DNA of 20,000 nt, taken from NCBI RefSeq assembly GCF_004010195.1, contig NC_057718.1, positions 45,535,585-45,555,584 of the forward strand. Direction: 5' to 3'. A program made the position numbers and the translations under genes. The DNA is from Chiloscyllium plagiosum. Its lineage: Eukaryota. The notes beneath the pieces are model-generated. The model worked only from the letters and a program-made list of their open reading frames with translations. It did no database searches and was not told the DNA's origin. Positions within the stretch are counted from its first letter, which is position 1, and every line of letters starts with the position of its first letter. Shown piece by piece: positions 8,750 through 19,471 of the stretch.

Positions 8750-11700
8750 CCATCCATCAAATGTGCTCACTAAAAATGTTTCTTTTATACAATATACAGC
8801 TAGGGAAGCAAGCTCCTTTATAATACTTCAGGACAAGGGCCTGGGATTATTTCCAATTAAAAAAGTTAAAAGATTGTGGTCTATATAAATAACAGTTTAT
8901 TCCCTGTTGACATATATTTAAAAATGATGTACAGCCATCATAAGGCTCAATGTTGGTTTTTCAATGGTTCAACATTTTTATTGACAGGGAATGGGGTCAG
9001 TTTCTTGACCAACAGGTCATCCTGCAGTAAAACAGCCTCCAGACCAATGTCACGGGCATCAACTTTGAATGGTCTCCCATAAATTAGGCAGAACTGTCAG
9101 CCCTACTTCCACATTTTCATACTTTGATACTCAAGTCCATTCAGATTTTCTTACATTTTTCAACAACTTTGTTCAAAAGGTGCAATGTCAGTGAAGAAGT
9201 TCAGAACAAATCTGCAATAAAAATTCACTCATGCCAACTTTTCAGTTTATCCTAGCCTGCACTTTTACTTCTGTGTGCTACTTGGCTTTGTCCCACCATA
9301 TGACCCAAGTAAGGTCACTTTGACTTTAGCAAATTCATTATAATCAAATTGGCTGATCAAAACGGTGCAAGTGCTCTTCCCTGGTTTAGCAAAACTGCAA
9401 CCAAATTGTCAATGTAAACAGTATTATTACCAAGTCTTTTGATCATTGATTAGCCATTGAAATGTGGCTGGTACATTTTTCATTCCAAACAAAAGGACTT
9501 TGCACTGATAACATTCATCCCACATTACAAGAATTAAAGAAATATCAGCTTTATCAGTTAATGGAATTGACATCCTTTTAACAATGGATTTGTTTGACAA
9601 ATGATGAATGTAAGATTTATTTAACACAGTCCACCAGTCTAGGACTGGATGCAAATCGGCGTTCACTACCATGTTAATTACCACAAAGTTAACAGAATTG
9701 TTGTAACTCATCCAGTTTCAGCATTATTTGACAGGTGACGTCCAGCTACTGTGACAGTTCAATGTCATTGTCCACAATTAACTTAGTTTCTTACCTCACT
9801 TGATCTACACTCCCTGGATGGAGTCTGTACAGGAACTGCTTTATAGGCAATATCACCCACATTAACATGATCAAAACAAAACTTTCCTGATCCGTTCCCA
9901 CAAAGATTTATGGATCAGTAATAGCCTTCCTAAATCACTTCAAATGTCTTCAAGATAAAACATGTTATCTAACCTTTTAAGCATTAGTGTGTTTTTTCCA
10001 AGCTGATTGTTGGAGGATAATTTTTCAATTGCTGATTCATTCTCCAACTACTTTGATTTCTAGACTTCACCTTTTACTCCAATACCATTAAATTCATTTT
10101 TTTTTTGTTGTCTATTGGCCCTACCATATCTTTTCAATGTGTTACCCTGAAATGCTGGTTCTCACTCCTGTCTGAAATACTCACACAATTCACATTCTTA
10201 AGCTTTTTTTTGATTTGATAAAAGGTCCAGTGAATCTTGCTTTTGAAATGGCTCCAAACAGACTAAAATAGGACCAAAAACACATTTCCTGAAAGAAAAT
10301 GTCAAACTTTAAACTTTTAAAATCTGCTCTACTTTTCATTGTTTGTTTAGAATCCTTCAAATGCTTCCCTCCAACTCTCAGGCTTTTGTCAGTTTCTCTC
10401 AAACTGATGTTGAAAGTGTTGTTGATTTGGTTTACAATTCAAGTGGCCTCTCACTTAACATTCATTTATCTGTTCAAAACAAAAACTAAAACTAAATCTG
10501 GAGGACTCATTAACAGTGTCCCTAATGGCAACAAACTAATTTCCTTATACTAATCGCTATGACAATCTTGGCTCTAATCAGTCTTCAAAGTTTGAAGACT
10601 CTTTCCAAAGCAAAGAGATTGTGGGTGAAAAGTGAAGATGTAAATGATTTTAGCCCCAAAGTAATAATCATTTCTTCCAACATAAAATTTGAGCCTCAGA
10701 TTGATTATGTATATAAAAAAGACAATATCTTGTTTCAAAGAAAAAACAACTATTCCACTACCACATTTGTAGCAATGGTGACAATGCAGATTGATAGAGT
10801 GGTCAAGGTGGCATATGGCAATCGTTCCTTCATCAGACAGGGTGTTGAGTGCAAGGGTTGGCAGGTCATGTTACAGTTGTATAAGACTTTGGGTCAGCCA
10901 CATTTGGAATACTGCATAGTTCTTGTCACCACATTACCAAAAGGATGTGGATGCTTTGGAGAGGGTGCAGAGGAGGTTCACCAGAAATGTTGCCTGGTAT
11001 AGAGGGCGCTAGCTATGAAGAGAGGTGGAGCAGATTAGGATTATTTTCATTAGAAAGACAGGTTGAAGGGGGACCTGATTGAGGTCTACAAAAATCATGA
11101 CAGGTCTGGACAGGGTGGATAGCAAGAAGCTTTTGCCCCAGAACGGGGGAGTCAATTACTAGGGGTCACAAGTTCAAGTGAGAGGGAGATACGCATGGAG
11201 AGTTCTTTATGCAGAGGGTGGCGAGTGGCTGGAACGCATTGCCAACACTGGTGGTAGAGACAGGCACGATAGCATCATTTAAGATGCATCTAGACAGATA
11301 CTTGAATGGGCAGGTAGCAGAGGGATACAGATCCTTAGAAATTAAGCAATAGATTTAGATAGAGTGCAGGCTTGGAGGTCCAAACGGCCGGTTCCTCTGC
11401 TGTAATTTTCTTTGTTCTAATTATCCTGAAAGTCATGCTTCAGGAATGTATACATCCATAAAATTGTACAAAAATACAATGACTCCCATTCCTGGTTTTA
11501 GGTACTGTCTCAGATCACTATCTTAAGCCTTTTCTAAACAGTTCTCCAAAAGTTTTGGTACCCTGTATTAGAGTTTAAAGTTGTAGGGTTAAGGGAAAGT
11601 TGGGAATTCTCCACTACCGACCACAAATGGCATGTCAAGGCAAGAGTAATTACACCTCTAAGTAATTAAAGCTAATAAAAATGTTTTAGCATTTTACCGT

Positions 11701-12250
11701 TATCCCAACATCTAAATGACCTCGCAAAGGAATTTTGAGTCCTTTGTAAAACTTTGATATTCCAAAGGGACAGCTACCTGACAGACCACACTCCATTCCT
11801 CAAATTGATATTTGAGCTGGTCTCCATAGCTTCATTAAGTACTTTGTCTTTCAACTAATAAGACGTATTGTTTCAGATGCGATTGGAGTAGGCTGGTATA
11901 ACACTTTCAATTCAAAATCCATTTGATGTACTTATCCTAAAAAGGTGGCTAAACACAAGAGCTTCATTCTGTTGAACTTCATCCTTAACAGTTAGATTTT
12001 CAATAACTCAGATAACCAGATCTCCACATCTCCCTGGTTCATACTCCTTTTCTTCCTGTCTAACTTCGTAGGACTGAAATCTAGTCAGTCAGGAAACAAT
12101 CCAGGCTGTAGCTTTTGTAACATCCTCGTTTCAGAAAAGGTCTTCTGCTGTCCAACTAAGCCTCTACAATCTAAAACACTTTAATATGTTCACACAAGAC
12201 AGAGATCCCACTTTGGCTAATCCAAATGCTTTTAAAACAGTATAATAGCA
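8750..12250 (-). mobile_element. Second, more decayed Gmr1-like Gypsy pol (integrase - RT - RNase H), interrupted by a CR1 LINE
   Basis: Minus strand: KIPLRGHLDVG..LKHFY..TCH integrase zinc finger (~11620-11740); VPKTRNG..FMDV..PEA (~11430-11510); GSNFM and HPQS..ALER..TLK (~10590-10700); AIRDTVNES (~10510); ARFTGPF (~10230); PIKQFLYRLHP (~9830); YQCKVLLFGMKNVPATFQWL and VYIDN RT motifs (~9400-9510); PFKVDARDIGLEAVLLQD and YIDHNLLTFL RNase H motifs (~8860-9080). Confidence 0.85.
10777..11418 (+). mobile_element. 5'-truncated CR1/HER1-type LINE (C-terminal ORF2 plus 3' UTR)
   Basis: QIDRVVKVAYG..FIRQGVECKGWQVMLQLYKTLGQPHLEYC (CR1 ORF2 LYKTLVRPHLEYC motif), then ALERVQRRFTR-like and GDLIEVYK-like segments. 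Tail cctctgctgtaattttctttgttct. aat duplication at 10774-10776 and 11419-11421. Confidence 0.92.
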
Positions 12251-12274
12251 AATTAGGGATGCGATAGCAGTAGA

Positions 12275-12720
12275 GTGTTGGCAGAGGAGATTTACCAGGA
12301 TGGATTCAGTTATGAAGAGGGATGGAATTGATTGGGGTTGCTTTCCGTCAAGCCGAGAGTGATGATAAAAGTTATGTGAGGCATGGATGGGGTAGACAGG
12401 AAGGAACCTTTCCCCTTGGAGCAGGGAAAGGTAAGTGACCAGAGACAGAGGTTTACAGCAAGGTGCAGGAGGTTTAGAGGGGGCTATGACGAAGCTATTA
12501 TTCACTCAGAAGGTGGTGGGAGTCTTAATCTCATTGCCAGTAAGGGTGATAAAGGCAGAAATCCTCACTGAGAAAAGGATTAAAAATGTGCACTTGTGAA
12601 CTCATGCATACAAGACTATGGGCCAAGTACTGGCAAATAGGATTAGAATAGTTAAAATGATTATTTTTGACCAGCGCAGACTCAATGGGCCTTTTCCTGC
12701 GTTGTTAACCATTATGACAT
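12275..12720 (+). mobile_element. Degraded CR1-type LINE 3' fragment
   Basis: cagaggagatttaccaggatg (RRFTRM), gatggggtagacaggaaggaacctttccc, ttcactcagaaggtggtg and tail cgcagactcaatgggcc, homologous to 10960-11418. Confidence 0.75.
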
Positions 12721-13114
12721 TCCATAATCAGTCATCACTGACTCTGAGCACTCCATAGGAAGTATTGCAGGAGCATGTGCAGTCGTCGTAATTTCAGATA
12801 GGAGGTGCATGGAGGTCCAAGCAGACTTGGAAAAAAAAAGGGGACGTGTTAAAAACCTGGAAAGACAATTCAAGTTCATTTTTTTTGGGATTAGGAGGTA
12901 GACTTCAAGAACTTATTTCTCCACGACAAAATCCGTCTCAAAAACCGATCGCTGTTCAGAGCAAAGTCCAGACCCTGAAATCTGAAATTTTAGAATCATA
13001 CTTTTCTCTTACCTGATGCAGGAATCAGGTCAATCTTTTATAAAGGGTAAATATAGAGAAACTCTGATATATTTATACAAATTCTATGAACGCAACGTAC
13101 TAATAGCCTCTGAA

Positions 13115-13202
13115 ACGCTTTTGCCTGAAATGTCGATTTGCCTGCTCCTCAGATGATGCCTGACATGCTGTGCTTTTCCAGCACCACTCTAATCTAAACT
13201 CT
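13115..13202 (+). mobile_element. Fragment of a Penelope-like terminal repeat
   Basis: gcttttgcctgaaatgtcgatttgcctgctcctcagatgatgcctgacatgctgtgcttttccagca aligns with 4932-4998. Confidence 0.7.
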
Positions 13203-13300
13203 AGATCTGTTTAACTTTGAACTTAAAAACTGTCCTCTTTTGGAAAGTTGCAGTTTGTGAAACTAAAACTGAATTATTGTATTCTGTAATGAATACTTAC

Positions 13301-13361
13301 GTGATTCAAATTCACTAACAGCTAGTAATTCCTCTGAAGGAGTTTTGTCTGGGTGCATTTT
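13301..13361 (-). CDS. SMYD2: SMYD2 internal coding exon (equivalent to human exon 4), 61 nt, phase 0/1
   Basis: Translation KMHPDKTPSEELLAVSEFES+C (human, from memory: KIHPERTPSEKLLAVKEFESH). Acceptor ttcctTgtgtag| and donor C|gtaagt. The split His codon (C+AC) is completed by the next exon. Confidence 0.95.
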
Positions 13362-14179
13362 CTACACAAGGAAATAGAAACAGAATTTAGAAGCATATTA
13401 ACTGCAGCAAGGTTTGAATATGTCAACAGAGAAAACCAATCATCTGACATTAACTCATTCAGCAATTAGTATTAATCATTATATAAAAAGACTAGAGTAG
13501 AAGATGCTATATATGTATTGGGTGGGGGAGGGGGGTTTAAGTTATACAGCAGGAATATTTATAAGAAGATCAGGCAGAGATTAGTCATAGTCACCAGTGC
13601 CCTCTGGATTAAGAAAAAAAAGTGTTAAAATTAACCTGTTTCCTGAATTGAAGGCTTTTTTCTATGCAGTGAGCACACATCCATCACATTGAGCAACAAA
13701 TCACAGGTAACACCATTCACTTAGCTTTGCTGCAAATCTTTGAAATTCTGATATGACATACATCCAAGAGGTTTGTCCATTCGAAAAGAATCACTATACA
13801 ATGGGGGAAAAAACCTCATTAAGTTGCTCGCTGTTGCTGCCTCAGTCTCCACTATGTCACCCAGCTGCTTGCAGCTTAACTTGAACTCCGTACACTTTAC
13901 CTTTATGGATTTTTGAATTTTAAAGATCAGCAAAAACTTCAGAATATACCCGCAAAGTTCCAACTTCACATCAAAAGGAATAGCGAACAGGGCCAGAGGG
14001 GAGTTAACTGGAAATCAAAAACTGAAACTTATGATCCTAAAAGGGACATTACAGACAAGTTAATTTGCACTTAAAACATTACTTCTATCCTCTCTCCATA
14101 TATACCACCAGAACAGAGTTTCACTAGCATTTAAATTTTCAGCATCTACAGTATTTTGATTTTAAAAAGCAGATGATAA

Positions 14180-14490
14180 ATAGATGTTTACCCCTGTAGG
14201 AAAAGATTAAAGCTAAAAAAGAATACACCATTTAAAGATAATGGGGTCTTCCACTTTAAGATAGGAATGAAGAAAAAAGTTCTCTCAGTGTCAAGAGTTG
14301 GTGGATTTCTCTTCCCAAGAGACCAGTGGAGGTAAAGTCATTGAATATTTTTGAAGGCAGAGTTAGATACAACCTTCACTGACAAAGAGGTCAAAGGACA
14401 CAGGGACTGACAGGAAAGCAGAGACCTAAATCAGATCACAATCTTATGAATGGCAGGGCAAACCGAAGGAGATGACTGGCCTACTCCTAA
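14180..14490 (+). mobile_element. Degraded CR1-type LINE 3' fragment
   Basis: gatgtttacccct..., tggatttctcttcccaagagaccagtggagg, attgaatatttttgaaggcagagttagata, and tail gaatggcagggca...tggcctactcct. Confidence 0.7.
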
Positions 14491-14619
14491 TAGAAATGTT
14501 AGTCAGCACATATCCTTTAGACAACCAAAACATTACAATAACCTTACGGAATGTCTAAAATCACAGATCCAATCAAGCACATCAGTTGGGCTATTTTTGG
14601 AATTGTGTAAACAACACTG

Positions 14620-15117
14620 ATCTCCCTCCTATAGGAAGGATGTTATGAAGCTCGAAAGGGTTCAGAAAAGATTTACAATGATTTTCCCAGGGTTGGAGGA
14701 TTTCAGCGACAGCGAGACTGAATAGACTTGGGCTATTTTTCCTGAAGCATCGGAGGTGGAGGGGTGACCTTAGAGGTTTATAAAATCATGAGCACCATGG
14801 ATACAGTGAATAGACAAGGTCTTTTCCCTGGGATGGGGGAGTCCAGAATTAGAGGGCATACTTTAGGGTAAGCGGGGGGCAATTCAAAAGCAAATTAAAG
14901 GATGGTGCATGGAATGAGTTGCCAGAGGAAGTGGTGACGGCTGATACAATTACAACATTTAAAAAAGGCATCTAGATGGATATATGAATAGGAAAGGTTT
15001 AGAGGGATATGGGCTAAGTACTGGCAAATAGGACTAGGTTAAATTTAGGATATCTGGTAGGCATAGACAAGTTGGACCAAAAAGGTTCTGTTTGTGTTAT
15101 ACATCTCTTGGACTCTA
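14620..15117 (+). mobile_element. CR1/HER1-type LINE 3' fragment
   Basis: SPSYRKDVMKLERVQKRFT, gggggtgaccttagaggtttataaaatcatg, and tail ggcatagacaagttggacc. Same subfamily as 18792-19471, in the opposite orientation. Confidence 0.9.
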
Positions 15118-16882
15118 ACACTTAGTTTTAGAAATACACCATGGAGACCTAGCTTTTGGTTTCTGTTACTTTGCTTGGAAATTAAAAATAAATCATAATT
15201 GTGGAGAACAGAAAGAGACCACTTTGTCTATTATGCAAAGACCTTGCTTTTAAAAAACAGGCAAGGCCAAAGTGATAATAAGTTGTCAACATATATACAA
15301 TTAATCAATAGGGGTATAATTTACTGACTTCCTAGTTTTCCTCCCCATTTATCCCTTCACCCATTGGTCCAAGACGACAAAATGACTTAAACCAATAGTT
15401 TAGTAGGTGATAGCTACAGCCTTCCAGCATCAGATCAGACAGCCTATCCTGTGCAGAACCACGAAGGCCTGTTCAGTGCATGTACTTGTGAGTTTCTTCC
15501 CATCCCGATCATCATAATGATCAGCCCTTTTCACCCAGCTGTATTTTTCCGGTTTCTCTTTAAAATGGGTCTACACTATTTGGCTCAACATATCCTTGCG
15601 ATAGCTTGTTTTACATTTAACTACTCCCTGCTAATGTTCCACCTGAATTGTCTATTGCATTTGCTAATTATCCTTTAATCTTGGCCTCCAACACAAGCAG
15701 GGGCTCGGCTTTCATTTTTGGTTCTACCATCTCCCTCTTCACGACATCAACATGATATGCAATACCATGACTTTGGTATAAAAGGTGACAATTTGCTCCA
15801 GTGTCAAAATAAGGACAGCAGATGGGCTCCAGAAGGTGGCGCTTGAAAATAGAAGGGCTTTGAGCATTGTAGGAAGTGTGGCAGGCTATGGACATAAGGG
15901 AAAGAAAAAATATGCTCCTGATATTCCAAAAAACCAACCAGTCACATCATGCAGCTGGCAGGGGCACGGAGGTTAAATCAGATTCTGGAGTCCATCCTTT
16001 AAATCATTTCTAGTCATCCACTGGACTCCGGTTGCCATGGAGGTGGGGGTAGGGGGCACTCGCTGAGTGATGTATTCCAGTTGGCTTCCAATCTCAGAAG
16101 AACTTGAACCTACCTACCTCCTTAAAAACAGCTTAGAAGTGGGAAGACAGCAGTAAACTGCCACCTAGTGATGTTGTGAAATTCTGAGCCTGCCCACCTT
16201 CATACCCATGTCCAGCAGGCAACGAAAACCAAGCCATACCGATTAATAGCCAAGATTTTGCTGTTATAATGGTGAAACGGTTAATGGCTACTAACTGTGA
16301 TTCTGCACTATTGACGTTACCAGAGACAGACAGGCAAACAAACAAAATCTTTAATCACCAAAACTCCCACTGCTGGGATGTCTGGAAGTGTGAATTTGTC
16401 AGGAAAAAGTAACATCCACTTCAGAGATGTGTTCTGGTCACATCAAGATCAACTGTGCCACTAACTGCAAAATACAGTCCATTATCAACCCAAAAAAAAA
16501 AACCTGAAGACCTCTATCAGGTCAACCCTAATGTATTCAGTCATTTTTAAATAGGTACAAACTCTCAGATCCTTAAAATTATTTTTGTACCTTGACCGAT
16601 ATCCTTTTGTAATTTGGGGACTAGTAGCATGCAGAGTTGGGACAATTGATTTCAGCAAGTTATATCGTTATGATCATCAGAAGGAAGGAAAGACAATGGA
16701 AATTATGTACAATCCTGTCCTGACTAGATACTAGCTAACATGCACTTGGAGCACAAGTTACCGAGTAATAGTCACAAACTGGAATCCAACTTCATGCCAT
16801 GCCAAGAGAGGCTAATTCAGCCGAGATAGCAAACTGTCCAGTCACATTTCCAAAGTATAATAGATCACAGCTGTTGCTGGCT

Positions 16883-16909
16883 ACGAGGACGAGGACGAGG
16901 ACTAGGACT
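16883..16909. repeat. Short hexanucleotide tandem repeat (ACGAGG)3 plus a variant unit, about 20 nt into the intron after the exon-3 donor
   Basis: acgaggacgaggacgaggactaggact. Confidence 0.8.
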
Positions 16910-16928
16910 GTCAATTCATCCACCTCAC

Positions 16929-17039
16929 CTGTTTGACCAGGATTCTTGCCAGCAGCCTGACCGTCTCAGAGGGGTTCCAGTTCTGCCCAAATTTGCTCAT
17001 GGAAGAACATTCCAGTTTGTGCATTGGCCAATCAGCTTT
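16929..17039 (-). CDS. SMYD2: SMYD2 internal coding exon (equivalent to human exon 3; end of MYND finger and I-SET region), 111 nt, phase 0/0
   Basis: Minus-strand translation KADWPMHKLECSSMSKFGQNWNPSETVRLLARILVKQ matches vertebrate SMYD2 (human, from memory: KEDWPMHKLECSPMVVFGENWNPSETVRLTARILAKQ). Preceded by a (CTTT)n polypyrimidine tract ending ttcag and followed by donor CAG|gtgagg. Missed by the ORF track. Confidence 0.96.
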
Positions 17040-17041
17040 CT

Positions 17042-17075
17042 GAAAGAAAGCAAGAAAGAAAGAAAGGAAGGAGAG
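17042..17075. repeat. (GAAA)n-like microsatellite that forms the polypyrimidine tract of the exon-3 acceptor
   Basis: gaaagaaagcaagaaagaaagaaaggaaggagag directly abuts the acceptor. Confidence 0.85.
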
Positions 17076-17844
17076 ATACATTTTAACATGAAGAATCCAA
17101 ACATTTTAAATAACAGCTAGATAGCACTAACTTTCAGAATTCCAACCTAACACTTGGACTCAAAATTGGTTTATGCCATAATGAGCTTTTGATTCAACCA
17201 TTAATATTTGACACTCTCTCTTTGTCGCATCCCAAGAAGAACAGCTGGAATGAATATGTTCAATTCCCAAAGTGTGATCCATACATTCCAAAACGGGTCG
17301 TGGAGATCATGTTACTCCACTTAAATATATAGGAATCTCAACTTTGCAACAGTCAGTTCAAACGCAAGCAAGAGATGAAGTAGCCCAGCACACTAGGAAA
17401 AAAAATCACGAGAGAATATTTACAGTTTGGAGCAACTCACTATTTAAATTTTTACTGTCTGCACAGTATGGTTTGCCCCCTCTCCCAATTTTCTACCTTT
17501 ACTCTCAAGGTAGATTGTTTGCAAGTTGAGGGAAGCCCACAAATGTATAAGATTTGAGTGGTGACTCTCCTGAAGTGAGCAGAGGGCATTTTGATCATGG
17601 CCACCATCACAACAAAAACACAAAAAAAAACACAAATGTTGTCCCTACTCAGTATCCATGGAAGGTCAACTGCACCAAACATTAGATGAGCAAAAGCAAC
17701 AATCCCATCTAACTTTGGGACATTGAGAAGCAGGAATAATGGAGAGGGAGGAAGGTGGGGTAGCAAAATGAAGTTTGGAAATGAAGTGTATCCTTTTGAG
17801 GGGTCAAACATTGAACCATTTGATTTAAATTTGAGCACTACATG

Positions 17845-18015
17845 GGTGTGTGTGTGTGTTTGTGTGGGAAAGAGGAGGAGGAGGAGGTGTTCGATAAATA
17901 TGAAAATATTGAGGGGGAAAATCAGATGTAGTAGTAGTAGTAGTAATAGTAGTACAAGGGGGATTTTTAAATATTATTCCAATTGATTATTATTATATTT
18001 AAATATTATTCCAAT
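17845..18015. repeat. Compound simple-repeat cluster: (GT)n, (GAG)n, (GTA)n and an 18-bp direct repeat
   Basis: gtgtgtgtgtgtgtttgtgt (~17846-17865), gaggaggaggaggagg (~17872-17887), gtagtagtagtagtagtaatagtagta (~17927-17954), tttaaatattattccaat at 17966-17983 and 17998-18015. Confidence 0.85.
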
Positions 18016-18166
18016 AGTTCAAGTCAATGGAAGACAAGGAGTAGAAGGAATTTGTCAAATTTATTCAATAGAACTTCCTTGAGCAATATGTTTTTGGCTC
18101 AAATAGGAGGAATGCATTGATGGCTGAGGATCTGATGTTAGGGATTTAGGTAGGCCAAATGATGTG

Positions 18167-18472
18167 TGGGTGGAACAGTGGTTAGTATTGTGCTGCTTAG
18201 CACCAGGGATCTGGGTTTGATTCCAGCATTGGGTGACTTTCTCCCTGCGTTGGCATGGGTTTCTGATGGGAGCTCCGGTTTCCTCCCACAGTCCAAAGAT
18301 GTACAGGTTAGGTGGATTAGCCATGCTAAGTTGCCTTGTAGTGTCCAGGGATGTGCATGGTAGGTGGATTAGCCATGGGAAATGTGGGGTTATGGGGATA
18401 GAGCAGGGATTTGGGTCTGGATGGGATGCATATGGAGGGTCCCTAGAGACCCAGTGGACAGAATGGGATTCA
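18167..18472 (+). mobile_element. Older, diverged HE1-type V-SINE
   Basis: Degenerate A box tggaacagtggttag, B box ggtttgattcc, ctccggtttcctcccacagtccaaagatgtacaggttagg, and an internal duplication taggtggattagccatg (18309-18325, 18361-18377). Confidence 0.85.
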
Positions 18473-18597
18473 GTGATGGACTTCCTCCCAAAAACCTTTT
18501 TAAAAAAAATGGAACCATGATATAGCTAATGCATTGGCTTTAACATTTAAAAAAAAAACGCATGGCCCCTTTTTAGACTGGACCTTATTCCTTCACT

Positions 18598-18705
18598 TAA
18601 AAATTCTGGAATTCCTCCTGATCATTGTGGGCGTTCCTACACAAAATGGATTGCAACAGTTCCAGGAAGTTGCTCTAGACGCTACAATAATTGAGGATGG
18701 AAATA
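18598..18705 (+). mobile_element. Possible degraded CR1/L2-type LINE 3' end
   Basis: aaaattctggaattcctcc...tgtgggcgttcctacacaaaatggattgcaacagttccaggaag resembles a LINE ORF2 terminal WNSLP segment. Recognised from memory only. Confidence 0.4.
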
Positions 18706-18791
18706 TCAAGGAAATTTCTTCTTCATTTATTGCCCAACAATTACTGCCCACTTCACTGAATGCAATATAATTTAATTCAGTCTTCACAAGA

Positions 18792-19471
18792 AACAAACCC
18801 TTCCGTCCAACTCGTCCATGCCGACTAGATATTCCAACCTAATCTAGTCCCACCTGCCAGCACCCAGCCCAAATGCTCCAAACCCTTTCTACTCATATTG
18901 CAATATGTTAGCTGCCACCACTTCCTCTGGAAGCTCATTCCATATAAGCACCACCCTGTGTGTGAAAAAAGGAGTTGCCCCTTATGTCTCTTTATATCTT
19001 TCCCCTCTGACCCCAAACCAATGCCCTCTAGTTCTGAACTCACCCACCCCAGGGAAGAGATTTGTCTATTCATCTTATCCATGTCCCTCATGATTTTACA
19101 AGCCTGTATAAGGTCACCCCTCAGCCTCCAGGGAAAACAGCACCAGCCTATTCAACCTCTCCCTATAGCTCAAATCCTCCAACTCTAGAAACATCCTTGT
19201 AAACCTTTTCTGAACCCTTTCAAGTTTCATAACATCCTTCCAATAGGAAGGAGGCCAGAACTGCATGCAATAGCCTAACCAATGTCCTATATAACCGTAA
19301 CATGACCTCAACTCCTATACTCAATACTCTGACTAATTAAGGAAACCATACTAAACACCTCCTTCACTATCCTAGCTACCTGCAACTCCATTTTCAAAGA
19401 GCGAGGAATCTGCACTCCAAAGGTCCCTTTGTTCAGCAACACTCCCTACGACCTTACCATTAAGTGTATAA
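18792..19471 (-). mobile_element. CR1/HER1-type LINE 3' part, interrupted by the Penelope-like insertion
   Basis: Minus strand YCMQFWPPSYWKDVMKLERVQKRFTRMFLELEDLSYRERLNRLVLFSLE (track ORF 19114..19311). 3' tail cggcatggacgagttggacggaagggtttgtt at ~18792-18823. Confidence 0.93.

Noticed and set aside
10559..11002. Longest ORF in the track (147 aa)
   Set aside because: It is a chimera of antisense Gypsy integrase and CR1 ORF2 sequence, with no evidence of a host gene.
13721..13969. 82-aa minus-strand ORF in an SMYD2 intron, possibly a cryptic exon
   Set aside because: No recognisable homology and a non-ATG start. The flanking exons already join in frame with no missing SMYD2 residues.
14060..14165. 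Possible very old Penelope-like terminal fragment (…ttttcagcatctacagtattttg)
   Set aside because: Too degenerate to delimit or support without an alignment.
15600..16450. TATA-like tataaaag, partial X-box gttgccatgg, short ORFs, and possibly an old repeat
   Set aside because: Isolated short motifs are expected by chance, and I could not assign a family or promoter context.
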